Assembly: GCA_022605425.2 (NCBI GenBank)
Contig: JAKIMF020000004.1
Location: 1-64,000, forward strand
DNA: 64,000 nucleotides
Direction of reading: 5' to 3'
DNA from: Hamiltosporidium tvaerminnensis FI-OER-3-3
Taxonomy: Eukaryota > Fungi > Microsporidia
Shown piece by piece: positions 40,780 to 52,294 of this stretch (within the stretch, counting starts at the first letter, position 1; each line of letters begins with the position of its first letter). The position numbers were made by a program, and so were the translations under genes. The notes under the pieces were generated by a model. It was not told the DNA's origin. It saw nothing but the letters and a program-made list of their open reading frames with translations, and did not search any database.

Positions 40780-42730
40780 TGTAATTAGACAGAAATATTT
40801 TACCTAAACATAATCGTTTACCTGTTGCTCAACAATATTTTAGTGAGCATAATCAGTATTAATACCTCTAAGAACCAAACTACTTTAAAAAAGGCAAAAA
40901 AATTTTTCACTCAACTAATTACTTTCATAAACACCAAAAAAGTTTTCCCTATCCTAGTTTTTAGTCCCCAAACCAAACATTTTTCTTCAACTCTATTATT
41001 ATTTCCCTACCTCGATTCTTTTTACCCTTGCGCCTGTTCTACATAACAGAATATTTTTTCCCCTAAATTTCTGTATATTTTAAATATTCTTGAAAAGCTT
41101 CATCCTTTCCACGACCAAATCATTTAATCTTTAAATATATTTTTCCGCCATTATTTTCTTTTTGCCATAGACTTGCTCTTCCTCTCAGACAATTATTTTT
41201 TTCTCAAGTTTTTTAAATTATTCTGTTCAAATTATTTCTTTTTTGGAATTTTTATCTTTAAAACAAATATTCTAGTAATTATCCGACTCCATTGATTTCA
41301 ACTAGATATTTTCTTTCTGCCGATTTTTTTTCTTGTATACAGATTCTTTTATCTAATCTTAACTTTCCTTGGTATTTTTAGACAACAAAAAAAACTTTAT
41401 TTCCTAGAAATCCTTTCCCCTGGCCTAATTTCAATTTCCCTAAACCCTATTCCATAACCTAATTTTCTTTCTTCTTAAACTGTTTCCTAGCCAATTTATT
41501 TTCCGTAACCAGATCCTTTTTCCCTCACTACCATATCATTTCCCAAACTAAAATTTTTTTAATTGCTGGAAACCCAATCTACTCATCGGAAACAGATTTA
41601 TTCTACTAACCTTTTTTGTCGAACGATTCTTTCTTCGCCAACTAAAATCTTTTTTTCCTTGGCCAATTTTCTTGCTTTCTCTCTAATTTTTTTATTCTTA
41701 TTAAATAAAATTGGGTAAAAAAAATAGAAATTAATTACGAAAAATAATTCTCTTATCTAAAAGTTGGGTTTCTATTTTTTTATACCCTATGGTGTGAAAA
41801 AAATCTCTGTTCTTACCTGTAAAAAGTGGTTTTTCTAATTTTCACTAGTAATAATAGGATTTTATATTTTTAACCAATCCTTTTCTACTTAAAATCTTTA
41901 TAAATAAAAATTATGTTGCTTGTAAATTTAGTTTTTTGAAAATAGATTTTTTCTTAGATTCTATAGCTATGAAAAGACACACATTTAGATTTTAAAATGC
42001 ATCTTAAAATACTATTAATCTAAGAATATATTTAAATTTATTATTGTAATAATATATCTTTTGTGAAGTTAGGGAATCGTAAGCCCAAAAAAGTTTAAAA
42101 AAATAAGGTGAATTCAAGTATAGTGGATAAAATAAACGAAAAACTGTTTTATAAGAATACCCTCTAAAGTTGTTAAAAGAAAATAAATTTGTATAAAACT
42201 ACGAAAACCATAAAGAAAAAATAAAAAGGCTGTTTTACCAACATAAATTTAATGAGTAAATTCGATTCGGTTGTCACGGAGAAAGTAAAACTTGCCTTTC
42301 CATTAAATCTAAACCAAAAAAATAATAAAGAAAACTCTAACTTAATTAGTTTGGTGCATTTTTGTTGAAATTTTCGTAATTTTTCTTTTAATGGGAATTA
42401 TGATATTGAGATTCCGTAATCTGGGTAATATTTATGAAATAGTGGGTCTGAAGTAATTAAGTGTGAGGGATGTGACAGATTGCAGTAGTTGTATGGTATA
42501 TTAAGATACATTTTCAAGCTGCAATGTTTACAAAAGAACCTAGAGGGGAGTAAAATCTAGAGTAAGGTAAAAAATGGGCAGCAAAAAGGTAGATCGGAGA
42601 GTAAATCGGAATAAAAACAGCTATTAATTTTATTTTACTTTCAGGTTTTAGTTTTTCTCTTTTAATTTGATTTTATTCGTATCATCTCTTATAGTGATCA
42701 CTTAATCCTGAAGGGTTTTGGATGAATTAC
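40780..42730. repeat. Second copy of the CCCT(A)-rich spacer block
   Basis: Colinear with 10180-12170, for example ccctacctcgattctttttacccttgcgcctgttctacataacagaat. The hairpin near 42700 is degraded. Confidence 0.65.
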
Positions 42731-43369
42731 ACATTTAAGTTCGAAAATATCTTTATTCTATCTGTGAATATTTAGATATTAAAAACAAATGTGAATTTGA
42801 AAGTGTCTTTTTTTGAAAATTTGATTTGACAAAATTTCCAAACGTTTACTTTTTAAATTTTGTGTATATTTTACATTTTAAAGAAATGTATTTTTCTTTT
42901 TTATACATTTTAAAAAAAAATGTGTTTAAAAACTTCAAAGGTTTTTTTGGAATCTTTGGAATTTTTTATTCTTTGTTATTTTTACAATTTCATGGATTCA
43001 TTACTTTTTTTCAAGCCATTTCTAGGTTTTTTTCAGGGTTTGTATGAATTCAAGCGTTTTTTTTATTTTCTAAATTTCGTATAAATTTTTATGTTTTCTA
43101 CATTTTTTCATTTCATTCTTGGAATTGAGTAGTATTTTTATGGATTCATTTTATATTCATATATCTATTGGTTTTTTAAATGTCTATAATTTAGCACATT
43201 CTTTCACATTCCATATACTTTTTATAAACTTTTGACTTTTTTTCTTCAAAAAATGAAAATTTTTAAAAATTTACAACTTTTATGAATTATTATGAAATTT
43301 TATGTATTTTCTAGTAATTTTGCTAAAAATTTTCTATTTATTTTTAAATCGTTAAAAATACCTATATGA

Positions 43370-44814
43370 TTTAATGGTATTCATTCTTATAACATTTAAA
43401 GGGGCTAAACTTAATAAACTTATAAAATTTACTATAATTGGAAGTTTTTCGGTGTAAGTTATCGGGTCTTTTTTGGTTATTTATTACATTTAGACTATAA
43501 AAACCAATATCATCATATAAAAATAAGATTTTTTTATCTTGATAATAATACGTCGTTTTAAACTTTAATATGGCCGTATTAATTTTTGTGAAATCGTTTT
43601 TAAAAGCCCTCAATATATTTATTAAAACATTAATCGTATAGAGTATTATAACGTAGCTTTAGATTTCTATATAACCTCATATTAGTTACTTTTTCGAAAA
43701 TTGAGCAAACTGCCGGGTAGTATATATGTATTGCTTCTTTAGCTAAAAAAGAATACAAAGCCAACAAAAATAAAGAAATACATCTGAAAAGGTATTTAAA
43801 ATTTCTTGTATACTATTTTAAAGAAAAAGATGAAAACTGTTAATAGTATCTTTATTGAAATATATTTGATATTTTATATATTCATACAGACTTGCATTTA
43901 TTATGCATTACTATAATCTATATTAGTAAATCGATATTTAAATTCCCTTAATATATCTATACAAAAAAATTATTTGTTTTTTTACCATGAGTCTTATTGT
44001 ATTGACTTAAATTATTTTTATTATAAGTATATTTATTGTTTTAAAACAATGTTATTAAGTCTTTTTTAGACTTATATATTATACAGTAACGATTTAGAGA
44101 ATTAAAATTAAATAAAATCGATAGTAAAATAAAATATCTTTAGTGATAAATGTGTTTCTAAACAAATTATAAATTAAAACCAAATTTAAATAAATGTTTA
44201 TACGTAAAGTATATGTCAATTTTAGTTTTCTTAATCTATTTCTCTTGTTTAAACAAAATTCTACAATAATTCTAAAAATAGTTTAATTTTGTATTTTTTC
44301 GAGTTAAACTTGTTTATGAAGTCGTACACATTAAACAAAAAAGATTGAATTATAGAAATTTTATATAATATTTTAATTTAGTTTAACAATAGGTAATCCT
44401 TAAATAAATTTGGTTTTATATTAAAATAAATAATATACTTATTTTTTACCTATTTATATATATATTTTTCTCGTTTGTATCTAAAGCTACGAATTATTTT
44501 TCAAACTTTCCAGAAATTAATTTAAATGGAGTACTATAAGAGAATGAATGATACTTTGATATCTAAATATATTCATAGATGAATATTATATTATAATAAC
44601 TATAAAATAAAGTATGTTTATGGAACGAGGCTGGCATTCTATTTCGCTAAATAAAATTTCTATGTATTGGGTATGTTGATTTATATTATATCATTCAATT
44701 ATGATTTATTTACACAAAATATAAAAAGAAAGATAATTAATCATTAAATTTAAAAAACTTGGATTGAGCCTTAATCTATATGTTGAAGTATTCTCCACAT
44801 GTGAACTAGAACTA
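43370..44814 (-). pseudogene. Decayed paralogous unit B2, truncated at 44814
   Basis: Residual ORF 43371-43613(-) contains KTSNYSKFYKFI. Colinear with B1 12830-14243, then switches to unrelated sequence. Confidence 0.5.
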
Positions 44815-46960
44815 TTAGCCCTATAATTTCCCTAACCCCGGTAGGGAAATACAATTTAATGCTTTAAAACATTTATATGAATAATTTAAAATCTTTTTAG
44901 TTGGATTTCCCTACTTCCTTAACCGATTTAAATATAGTATTATTACCGACGCATGCAAAGTAAAAAATCCTAATGATAAAAGCGATTTCCCTAACCAAAA
45001 ATTAAAAAAAAATAATGCATTATAAGTAAATATAAAAGAAAAAAATTTATTAAATTATGCCTGAAGAATTTAGCGAATAAAACAAGTCCCAACAAATAAA
45101 GCTATATATTTAATGTAAAGACAGTTTACATTCTTCAATTATAGAGAGCTATTTCTAAAAATTGCAATTGAAAAAATCCAGATTTTTTTCCCTATACAAT
45201 TCCGCTTCCCCCTAACCCTATCTGTTCTACTCTAATACTTCTCTTGAATTACACAATTTAATTATTGTCAACCAAATATGTTACCTACCTTTTTTTTAAA
45301 CGAAAAAAATTATTTTTAATTTTCCTAACCCTTCTCCCTAACCTTGTCCCTTTTTTCCACTAAAAAATTATTTATAGTTCCTATGCTGTTTTTACTCCTT
45401 ATTTTTTTTACCAAAAAAGTTTCTGAAAATTCCCTACCAATTGATTACTTCTTTTACCCTAACCCTTCCCTTTCCCTAAACTCAGTAGTTCTTTTCCCTA
45501 CCAAATGATTTATATTCTACCCTTTCTCTCCAAAAAAACTTATTTCTCCCTGACTAACTTTTTCCTATACATATTTTGTTTTTCCTACCTCCCCTAACTT
45601 TCTACACCGTCTTAAATACTTATTGTTCCTTAAATTTTACTCGTAATACCCATTGTTTTTTCTTAACTAGATGTTTTTCTTAATCCCACTAATTTTTCCT
45701 TAACCTACTTGAAGTTTCCCTAACCTAATTATTGTATCAAACATTTTTCTATTCAACAAATATTATTTCTTAAAACCGATTCTATCTTCTATTTAAAATC
45801 ATTTTTTTTCGTGTAAACAAATTTTCACCCTAACACAATTCTGTTTTCCCTAACCCGGATTCTGCTTGCCCTAACTTTAAGTTATAACAGACTTTCTTTT
45901 TTCTCTAACTAATTAAGTTCTCCAAGGATTTCTTATTCAATAAATTTATCGCTTTTTCTTTTCTAACTATTATCTATTTCCCTGCTATTTTTTTCAAGGT
46001 AAATGATCACTTTTTTAAGTAGTTTCTTTTTTCCTACTTTTTTCTTGTTTTCCTACTTTTTTCTGTTTCCCTAACTTTCCTTTTCATTTTTTTACCAACT
46101 GTCCTTTCCCCAACCGATCTTGCTAAAATAGTTGGGGTCAAAAATATAAAAATTTATAAAGAATAATTTCCCTACTGAAAAAATAAAAAGTGTTTTACCC
46201 TAAACTATTGTTATTAAGGAGAAGTAATTTCCCTAATCTTCAAGTACTATCCTAAAGTATGGCACTTCTTTCCTAATTTGTGGCTTATAAACATAGTAAT
46301 TTTTTTTACAAAAAATTTCTTTCATTTTCCCTAACTTATTATAAGAAATTTAAAAAATTTACGTTAAAAACTTCGTTTTTAAAAATAAAAAAACCCTACG
46401 GACACGAAAAAAAATATAATTAACCTACTTGCTTTATTAAAAACATTGGGCGAAAGTAGGGAAATATATACCTTAACAAATTTTTAAACAGTGAATTATA
46501 TAAGGTAAATATAAAAAGGGAAATAAGAGAATATTAATGAATTTTGAATTCTCTTAAAAAAAATTGGAGAAAGTTAATAAAAAAATTAGAGAAAATGATT
46601 TACCGAATAAAAATATGTAAGAAAACTAGAGATTTTTCTGTACTAAGAAAATAAAACGATCTCCTATTTAGCCAATACCAAAACTTGACCCTAAACCTAA
46701 CTGAATTGGTTAGGGGTGTTTCTTTATCTTTCACTGGTTCTGGGTTAGGGTAAGGGCCAAAGTGATTATTATTGGTCTTGCTTCTGTAATATGTCAAGTG
46801 TAAAAGTGTTATTTTTGAGTTTTTGGTAGTTATTAGGTTGAGGTCTTCAGATTGTGTTGGAGGAAAAGGTTTGCCTGGTAATAAAATAAATTCAGAATAA
46901 TGAAAATATGTTATTGGGTCAGGGTAAAGGGTTGGTGGGTATAATTGAACCATTCGTAAA
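44815..46960. mobile_element. Putative non-autonomous insertion rich in dispersed CCCTAA, with a Helitron-like terminus at its left end (right boundary uncertain)
   Basis: Interrupts B2 at an A|T site. On the minus strand it ends in CTAA, with a 9-bp-stem hairpin (44826-44850) 11 nt from the end. About 15 CCCTAA on the plus strand, and ttaggg/tcaggg on the right. No coding capacity. Confidence 0.35.
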
Positions 46961-48633
46961 AATTCTATCATTTTTAGGTTTTTTTTTGTTAATATTTATT
47001 TTTTCTTATCTATATAGCTACAAAATATAATGTTACAAATTTTTACAGGCTTTTAACGGTAGTAAATCAAAAGAGTATCCGAGAAATTTAATTTACCGGT
47101 ATAAAATGTATTGTTTAAATAATTTTGATATCTGTTAGGAATTAAAATCAAAATATAGAATTATTATTTTTTAAAAAGGTTAACTTTTAAAAATCCTAAG
47201 GTTTAAAGGCCTTTCGATCTAAAAACAATTCTAAATTTTTTATTTGAAATATTTTTCAAACGAAAGAAACCATTAGTAAATTAATTCAAAAAAAATAATT
47301 TAATAATATTTATTGGCAAAAACTTTTTATGCCATATCGTAAATCATAAAAAAAAATTGTAAAACATTGTCTAATGATATTTAATAAATGTGTTAGTCTA
47401 ATTACAAATATTTACTATTGCTACTATTAAAATGAAAGTATAATATTACTTTAAAAATTCTTTAGTAGAAGATATTGCTACTATACGTTATCACCGTATA
47501 TTTGAACCTAAGCAGATTACACCCATTTTCTAAGAAAGCATAAAATTTATGTAAGGAGTCACAGCTACTAGAAAAAGAAAAAAAACTTTTAAGACTTATT
47601 TATGAGATATGTTTTAATTAACGGAATAAAAACACGCACTAAAAAATCTAAAGATCTTTTCTTTACTTCACTAAACCATAAACCTAAAAATTTAAAAAAG
47701 CAAGAAGCATATATAAACAAGATAAGAGCAAATATAAAAGACTTTTTATTATCTTTGTACCTTTACACGACTTGTTTATCAGTTAAAGGTGAATTTGTAC
47801 CCTTTCTCCTACACCCACTTTACTTGCTCCTGAATTTCTTTCGCGAAATAAACTATGTTTGGTGACTTAGAATAATCTATGAAATAGAAATTTTACGGCA
47901 TTTTTTAAACAGAGCTTTTTGACACTTATTTCCTGCCTGTGCTCCGTTTGTTTTGTTTTTAAAAATAAGACCTGTGGGTTATTATTTGGCAAAAACCGCT
48001 AATCTCAAACTAGGTCAGGGAATAGAAAGAAAAATATGGGAGATACATTGCGTAATACTTTCTATATATAAGAAAATCTTATGTGATGGGATTCAAATGC
48101 ATTAATTTAAGGAATTTAATGCTTTTCTTGCAAGATAAAATGTAAAAAATGAAAAAAGTTTTTTAAATGGAAATTTAATTAATTTTTTTGAAAACGTATA
48201 TTCAGATAACGAAAAACAATTTTAATGAAAGTATTTTGTTTAATCCTTTTGTTGTTTCTTCATTAAATTCCCTATTTTTACAATTGTAGCTTTCTATTCT
48301 GAAGTCCGTTTGCATACAGGCATATATCTATTGGATAAGATTAGGTATCTTAGTTCTGCTGAATCTTTTTTTAGTATTCGAAAAACAAAAAAGAATTTGC
48401 TATGATTGTAAAGTTTTTAATTAAATAATATTCCTGCGATATTATTTCTGTAATTGTTTGATTTATATTTCTTCAATTAATATATTTCGATTTAATTATT
48501 TCTTCTTATTCGTTGTATCTAATTAATTTATTCGGCTTTGAATTTGTATGTTTCGCTTTTCAAAACTTAGATTACTACTGTCGAATCAAAAAAAATCATT
48601 AAAACTATAAATACGTAGCGAATTTCGGTATTC

Positions 48634-49542
48634 ATGAAAAAAACCGAGAGCTCGGAGTCAGACAATGATCTCAATATTCCAAGAATCAAATATGTGATTG
48701 GGAATAAGGCACCGAAGCTTCCCCATACGCCTAGAAAAAAGAGGGATCCGAATAAACCAAAACTACCCTGTCCGTATTGTTTCTCGTTAAATACATCGAA
48801 TAATGGTACGGAGAAGAACCTTAATGATCCCCGTACCTATTGCAACACCTGTAAGTGGTCGTATAGCACACAAATCGCTGAGAATTTTGCTTATGCGTTT
48901 CAAAATAAAAAGGGTAAAATAAACGAATCGGTGAACTTGGAAATCGGTGTAACGAAAAAGACTAGCGATTCGGATATTACTAAAATTGTAATTTTCTCGC
49001 CAGAGGAAGGGTTTACTAATCCAAATCAGTCGAAATTGACCAAAGAACAGATTGCGTTGGTAATTTCAGATGAATCCCCTTTTCCCATTACAAAATATAT
49101 ATTTGTTTATTTTACAGGAATCAAACGTAATAGGACAAGGCTGTATAAACTTTCCTTGCAATCAATTAATCGAAACGTTGCGAGATATATAATAAATTTA
49201 GACTTTATACGGGAAAGTGCGATTGAAGTGATTTGTAAAGATAAATACAAATCAAAAATTGTTACATTATTCGAAGGTTTGCCGGCGACCTACCTAAAAA
49301 ATAGTCCTGAAATTAATGAACAGAAACATTTAGATGTTTCTGCTCTGAAAGAACGAATGAAAAAAATCTACCAAAGAAAAGAAAATAAAAATTTAAGATT
49401 AAAAAGATTTGCAGTTCGCTTAAACAAATTAGATGGGGAAGAACTGCTTGAGTTTCTCATGAGCGCCAATATAATGGCCAAAAGTATTGGCTCGGAAGAG
49501 AAACTCAACCCCAATAAAATAAAAAAAAATAATGTTGTATAG
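48634..49542 (+). CDS. LINE ORF1 protein (302 aa): CX2C-X20-CX2C zinc ribbon plus conserved C-terminal domain
   Basis: Intact ATG..TAG. CPYC...CNTC at aa 46-73. The C-terminal ~150 aa align with copy 2 ORF1 (SP..TKY, LYKL.L, I.N.DFI, LPA..L..SPEI.E, ERM.KI, NI.AK). Confidence 0.88.
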   Translation: MKKTESSESDNDLNIPRIKYVIGNKAPKLPHTPRKKRDPNKPKLPCPYCFSLNTSNNGTEKNLNDPRTYCNTCKWSYSTQIAENFAYAFQNKKGKINESVNLEIGVTKKTSDSDITKIVIFSPEEGFTNPNQSKLTKEQIALVISDESPFPITKYIFVYFTGIKRNRTRLYKLSLQSINRNVARYIINLDFIRESAIEVICKDKYKSKIVTLFEGLPATYLKNSPEINEQKHLDVSALKERMKKIYQRKENKNLRLKRFAVRLNKLDGEELLEFLMSANIMAKSIGSEEKLNPNKIKKNNVV

Positions 49543-52270
49543 TATTGGCTTTTTGAACTTAGGAGGACTTTCGGTTAAAAAAATAGAAATTATAAATTGT
49601 GTTTTATTGGATAATAAATTAGATATATTGGCTCTGGCAGAAACCTGGCGTGATGATATTGATAACTTAAATACAAACTATAGGATAGTTGCCAGATTGC
49701 TTTCTAAAAAGGTCTAGAAAAGATACTCAAATTCTGAAGGGATACTTATTTTGGCGAAGAAATCTATTTACCCCCAAATAATTCCTTCAATCACAGACTT
49801 TGGTATCTGTATAAAGATGAATGATACATTACTGATATTCATATATAAGTCACCAGCGGTTTCTGCCTATAAAATTATCAATAAAATACCAAGTAAATAT
49901 GAGGACTTTGATGTCTTAGCATTGGGTGATTATAATTTGGAAAACTCTGTTGCTTACGAACAAAATGTTCTCGAACAGCATGCGGAATTGGGCTTATATG
50001 AAACAAAACTGGCACCATTCACATATAAGCACGGCTCCAGAACCTCAACCCCCGATAAGTGCTTTTCCAATTTTAATGTTTCACTTGTTGTCATTGAAAT
50101 TAAAGAAATGAATCATAAGCTAATAAAAGTGCACGTTGGGAGGGTTGCAGCGCAACTGGAAACAAATTATAATATAAATCTCTTGAAAAACGCCGACACA
50201 CTAAGCGAAGTAAGGAAAAGGATTGAAACACTGACAACTAAGAACGAATTCTTTTTAAATACTCTACCAATTGACGAAAAATTGAATTTGCTGCATAAGA
50301 TTTTGCTAAAAGCGGCAAGCAAATTGCAAATCAGAAAACAGGTACAGAGAATATCACATAACCCTATTTTGTCACACTTGAAAAGATTGAGAAAACGCAA
50401 GTCAGCAAATAAGGATGCACAATCGGTGCAATTGTTGAGTAAGGAAATTAGAAGGTTAAGTAGGAAACTTAAACGATTGGGTGTGGAAGAAGGTAAGGTG
50501 AAACATAGTAACTTACAACCTTCCGAGCTTCATAAATGGATTTGTGCTAGCAGTACAAAGAGAAAAATTTCTGAGAGACAATTAAAGTTTGCGGAATTCC
50601 TATTTAACGAAGAAGAATTGGTCCCTGTGTCTGAAACTAAAAAGAAAATTGAGAAATTCTATTTGAGTATAAACAAAAAAAAAGACACGGAATGTTACAA
50701 ATTGACAGGAATTACTATTGTGGAGTTATTGGATGAAATAAGAAATTTAAAATTGGGTAAGTCGGGGGGTTTGTCGGGCATACGAAATGAACTAATTAAA
50801 GCTTGCCCGATGAATTTTATTGGACATTTGAGTGTACTTTTCAACCAAATTATATTGGAGAAGAAAGTACCTATGGCATGGAAATGCCATAGAATAAGAC
50901 TTATCAGAAAAGAAATGAAAAGTTATAGGCTCATTGCGTTGATTGAAGAGACACGAAAATTGTTTGAAAAGTGTATTATAAGAAAGCTTTCATTTATGCT
51001 TTCTACTCGACAGACTGGTTTTAGAGAAAGACATTCTCCAATAGATAATGCTTTGGGTGTTGATCATCTGTTAAGAAAGGGAGCTGGTAAGTTAATTTGT
51101 GTTTCATTAGATATAAAGTCGGCGTTTGATACAGTGTATAGGTGGAATCTTTATAAGAAACTAATTGATTACCAATGTCTATCACTAAATGATACCCTTC
51201 TGATAGCGGAGCTTATTGAAAACAATTCGTACGTCTTGGAACATGGAAACAGAAAAATCGATTGTTTTACGGCTTCAAGGGGTATACCACAGGGAAGTGT
51301 GCTTTCACCTAATTTGTATAATGTTTTCATTGATGACCTATTGTTGTATATTCCGCAGAATCTTAGAAAAAATCTGTTTATCTACGCTGATGATATTTTT
51401 CTATTTGGTGCCACACTAAAACAGATAAGGAAAATTATCAGATGTATACAATTGCATGCATCTGATAACAAGTATGAGCTTAACCAACAGAAGTGCTTCT
51501 ACAACGCGAATAAGAGATGCCGTATAGTTGTAAACGGTTCCCCTATAGAAAAAAAAAGCCCTATGCATTATTTGGGGTATTACTTTAATTTGAAGGGAAC
51601 GGATACCAATTCATCAATAAAAGAAACAAGAAAAAAAAGTTTGAAGGCGGCTATTGTTATGAAGAATGGACTTATTAAAAAAGTCGGCATAGGTAATAGT
51701 GGATATTATAGGCTTCTTTTGAAAGGATATGTGACGTTTATTAGACCACATTTGGATTATACAATGTTTTTATTGGCTGCTAATAAAACCTATGTTTCAG
51801 CAAGTGATAGAATCCAGAAGTCAGTCGTAAAGTATTTGTTTGGTTTGAATCAGAAAATTCCGAGTGCTTTCTTATATGCCTTGTTAACAATCGAAACGAT
51901 GATACAAAGATCCAATAGACTTACACTTTCACTTGGTTTGAGACTAATTACGAATATTGATACTTGCTTGTATACTGATTTGATGCAAAACAATACAAAG
52001 AATTTTAAGCATATAAAGAATACCTATGAAAAGTATATATATGATACAAGAATAATCCCTATGAAACTGTTGAAAGATTTAAAAAATAGTTTTCTTAAAG
52101 ATAATAGAACACTACTGGAACAAATAACTCCCCTTAGATTTTATGATTTCAAAAATATTAGATACAATGATTTTACGAGATTATTGAATATTTTAAAGGA
52201 AGAAAAATTTATCCAATTACAAGATATTGTTGCGTTTTTTATTGAACAAAGCCGAAACCCTCCTATGTAA
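49532..52270 (+). pseudogene. LINE ORF2 (APE endonuclease + reverse transcriptase), 912 codons with one in-frame TAG at 49715-49717
   Basis: Track ORFs 49532-49717 and 49751-52270 are in the same frame. APE motifs: FLNLGGL, LAETW, GDYN, PDK, NH. RT motifs: QTGFR, LDIKSAFD, GIPQGSVLSP, YADD, YLG, YVTFIRPHLDY. Confidence 0.92.
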
Positions 52271-52294
52271 TGTTAGTACTTGGCCATACTAACA
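52271..52294 (+). other. 3'-UTR stem-loop of LINE copy 1
   Basis: TGTTAGTA-cttggcca-TACTAACA: a perfect 8-bp stem starting 1 nt after the ORF2 stop. Confidence 0.75.

Larger units (their letters stand above)
36020..44814. repeat. Segmental duplication copy 2 (A2 + spacer + truncated B2)
   Basis: Colinear with 5370-14243. Similarity stops abruptly at 44814. Confidence 0.92.

Noticed and set aside
1-44814. Alternative genetic code (TAA/TAG = Gln or TGA = Trp) explaining the broken A/B units
   Set aside because: The LINE ORFs use the standard code (916 codons without TAA, TAG or TGA; termination at TAA/TAG). Stop types in the A frame I counted occur at roughly random proportions, and frameshifts remain.
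44815-46960. True telomere or interstitial telomeric tandem array
   Set aside because: The CCCTAA units are dispersed rather than tandem.
46600-46971. 123-aa minus-strand ORF
   Set aside because: Its Pro-rich content is a by-product of the GGG/CCC motifs. No recognisable domain.
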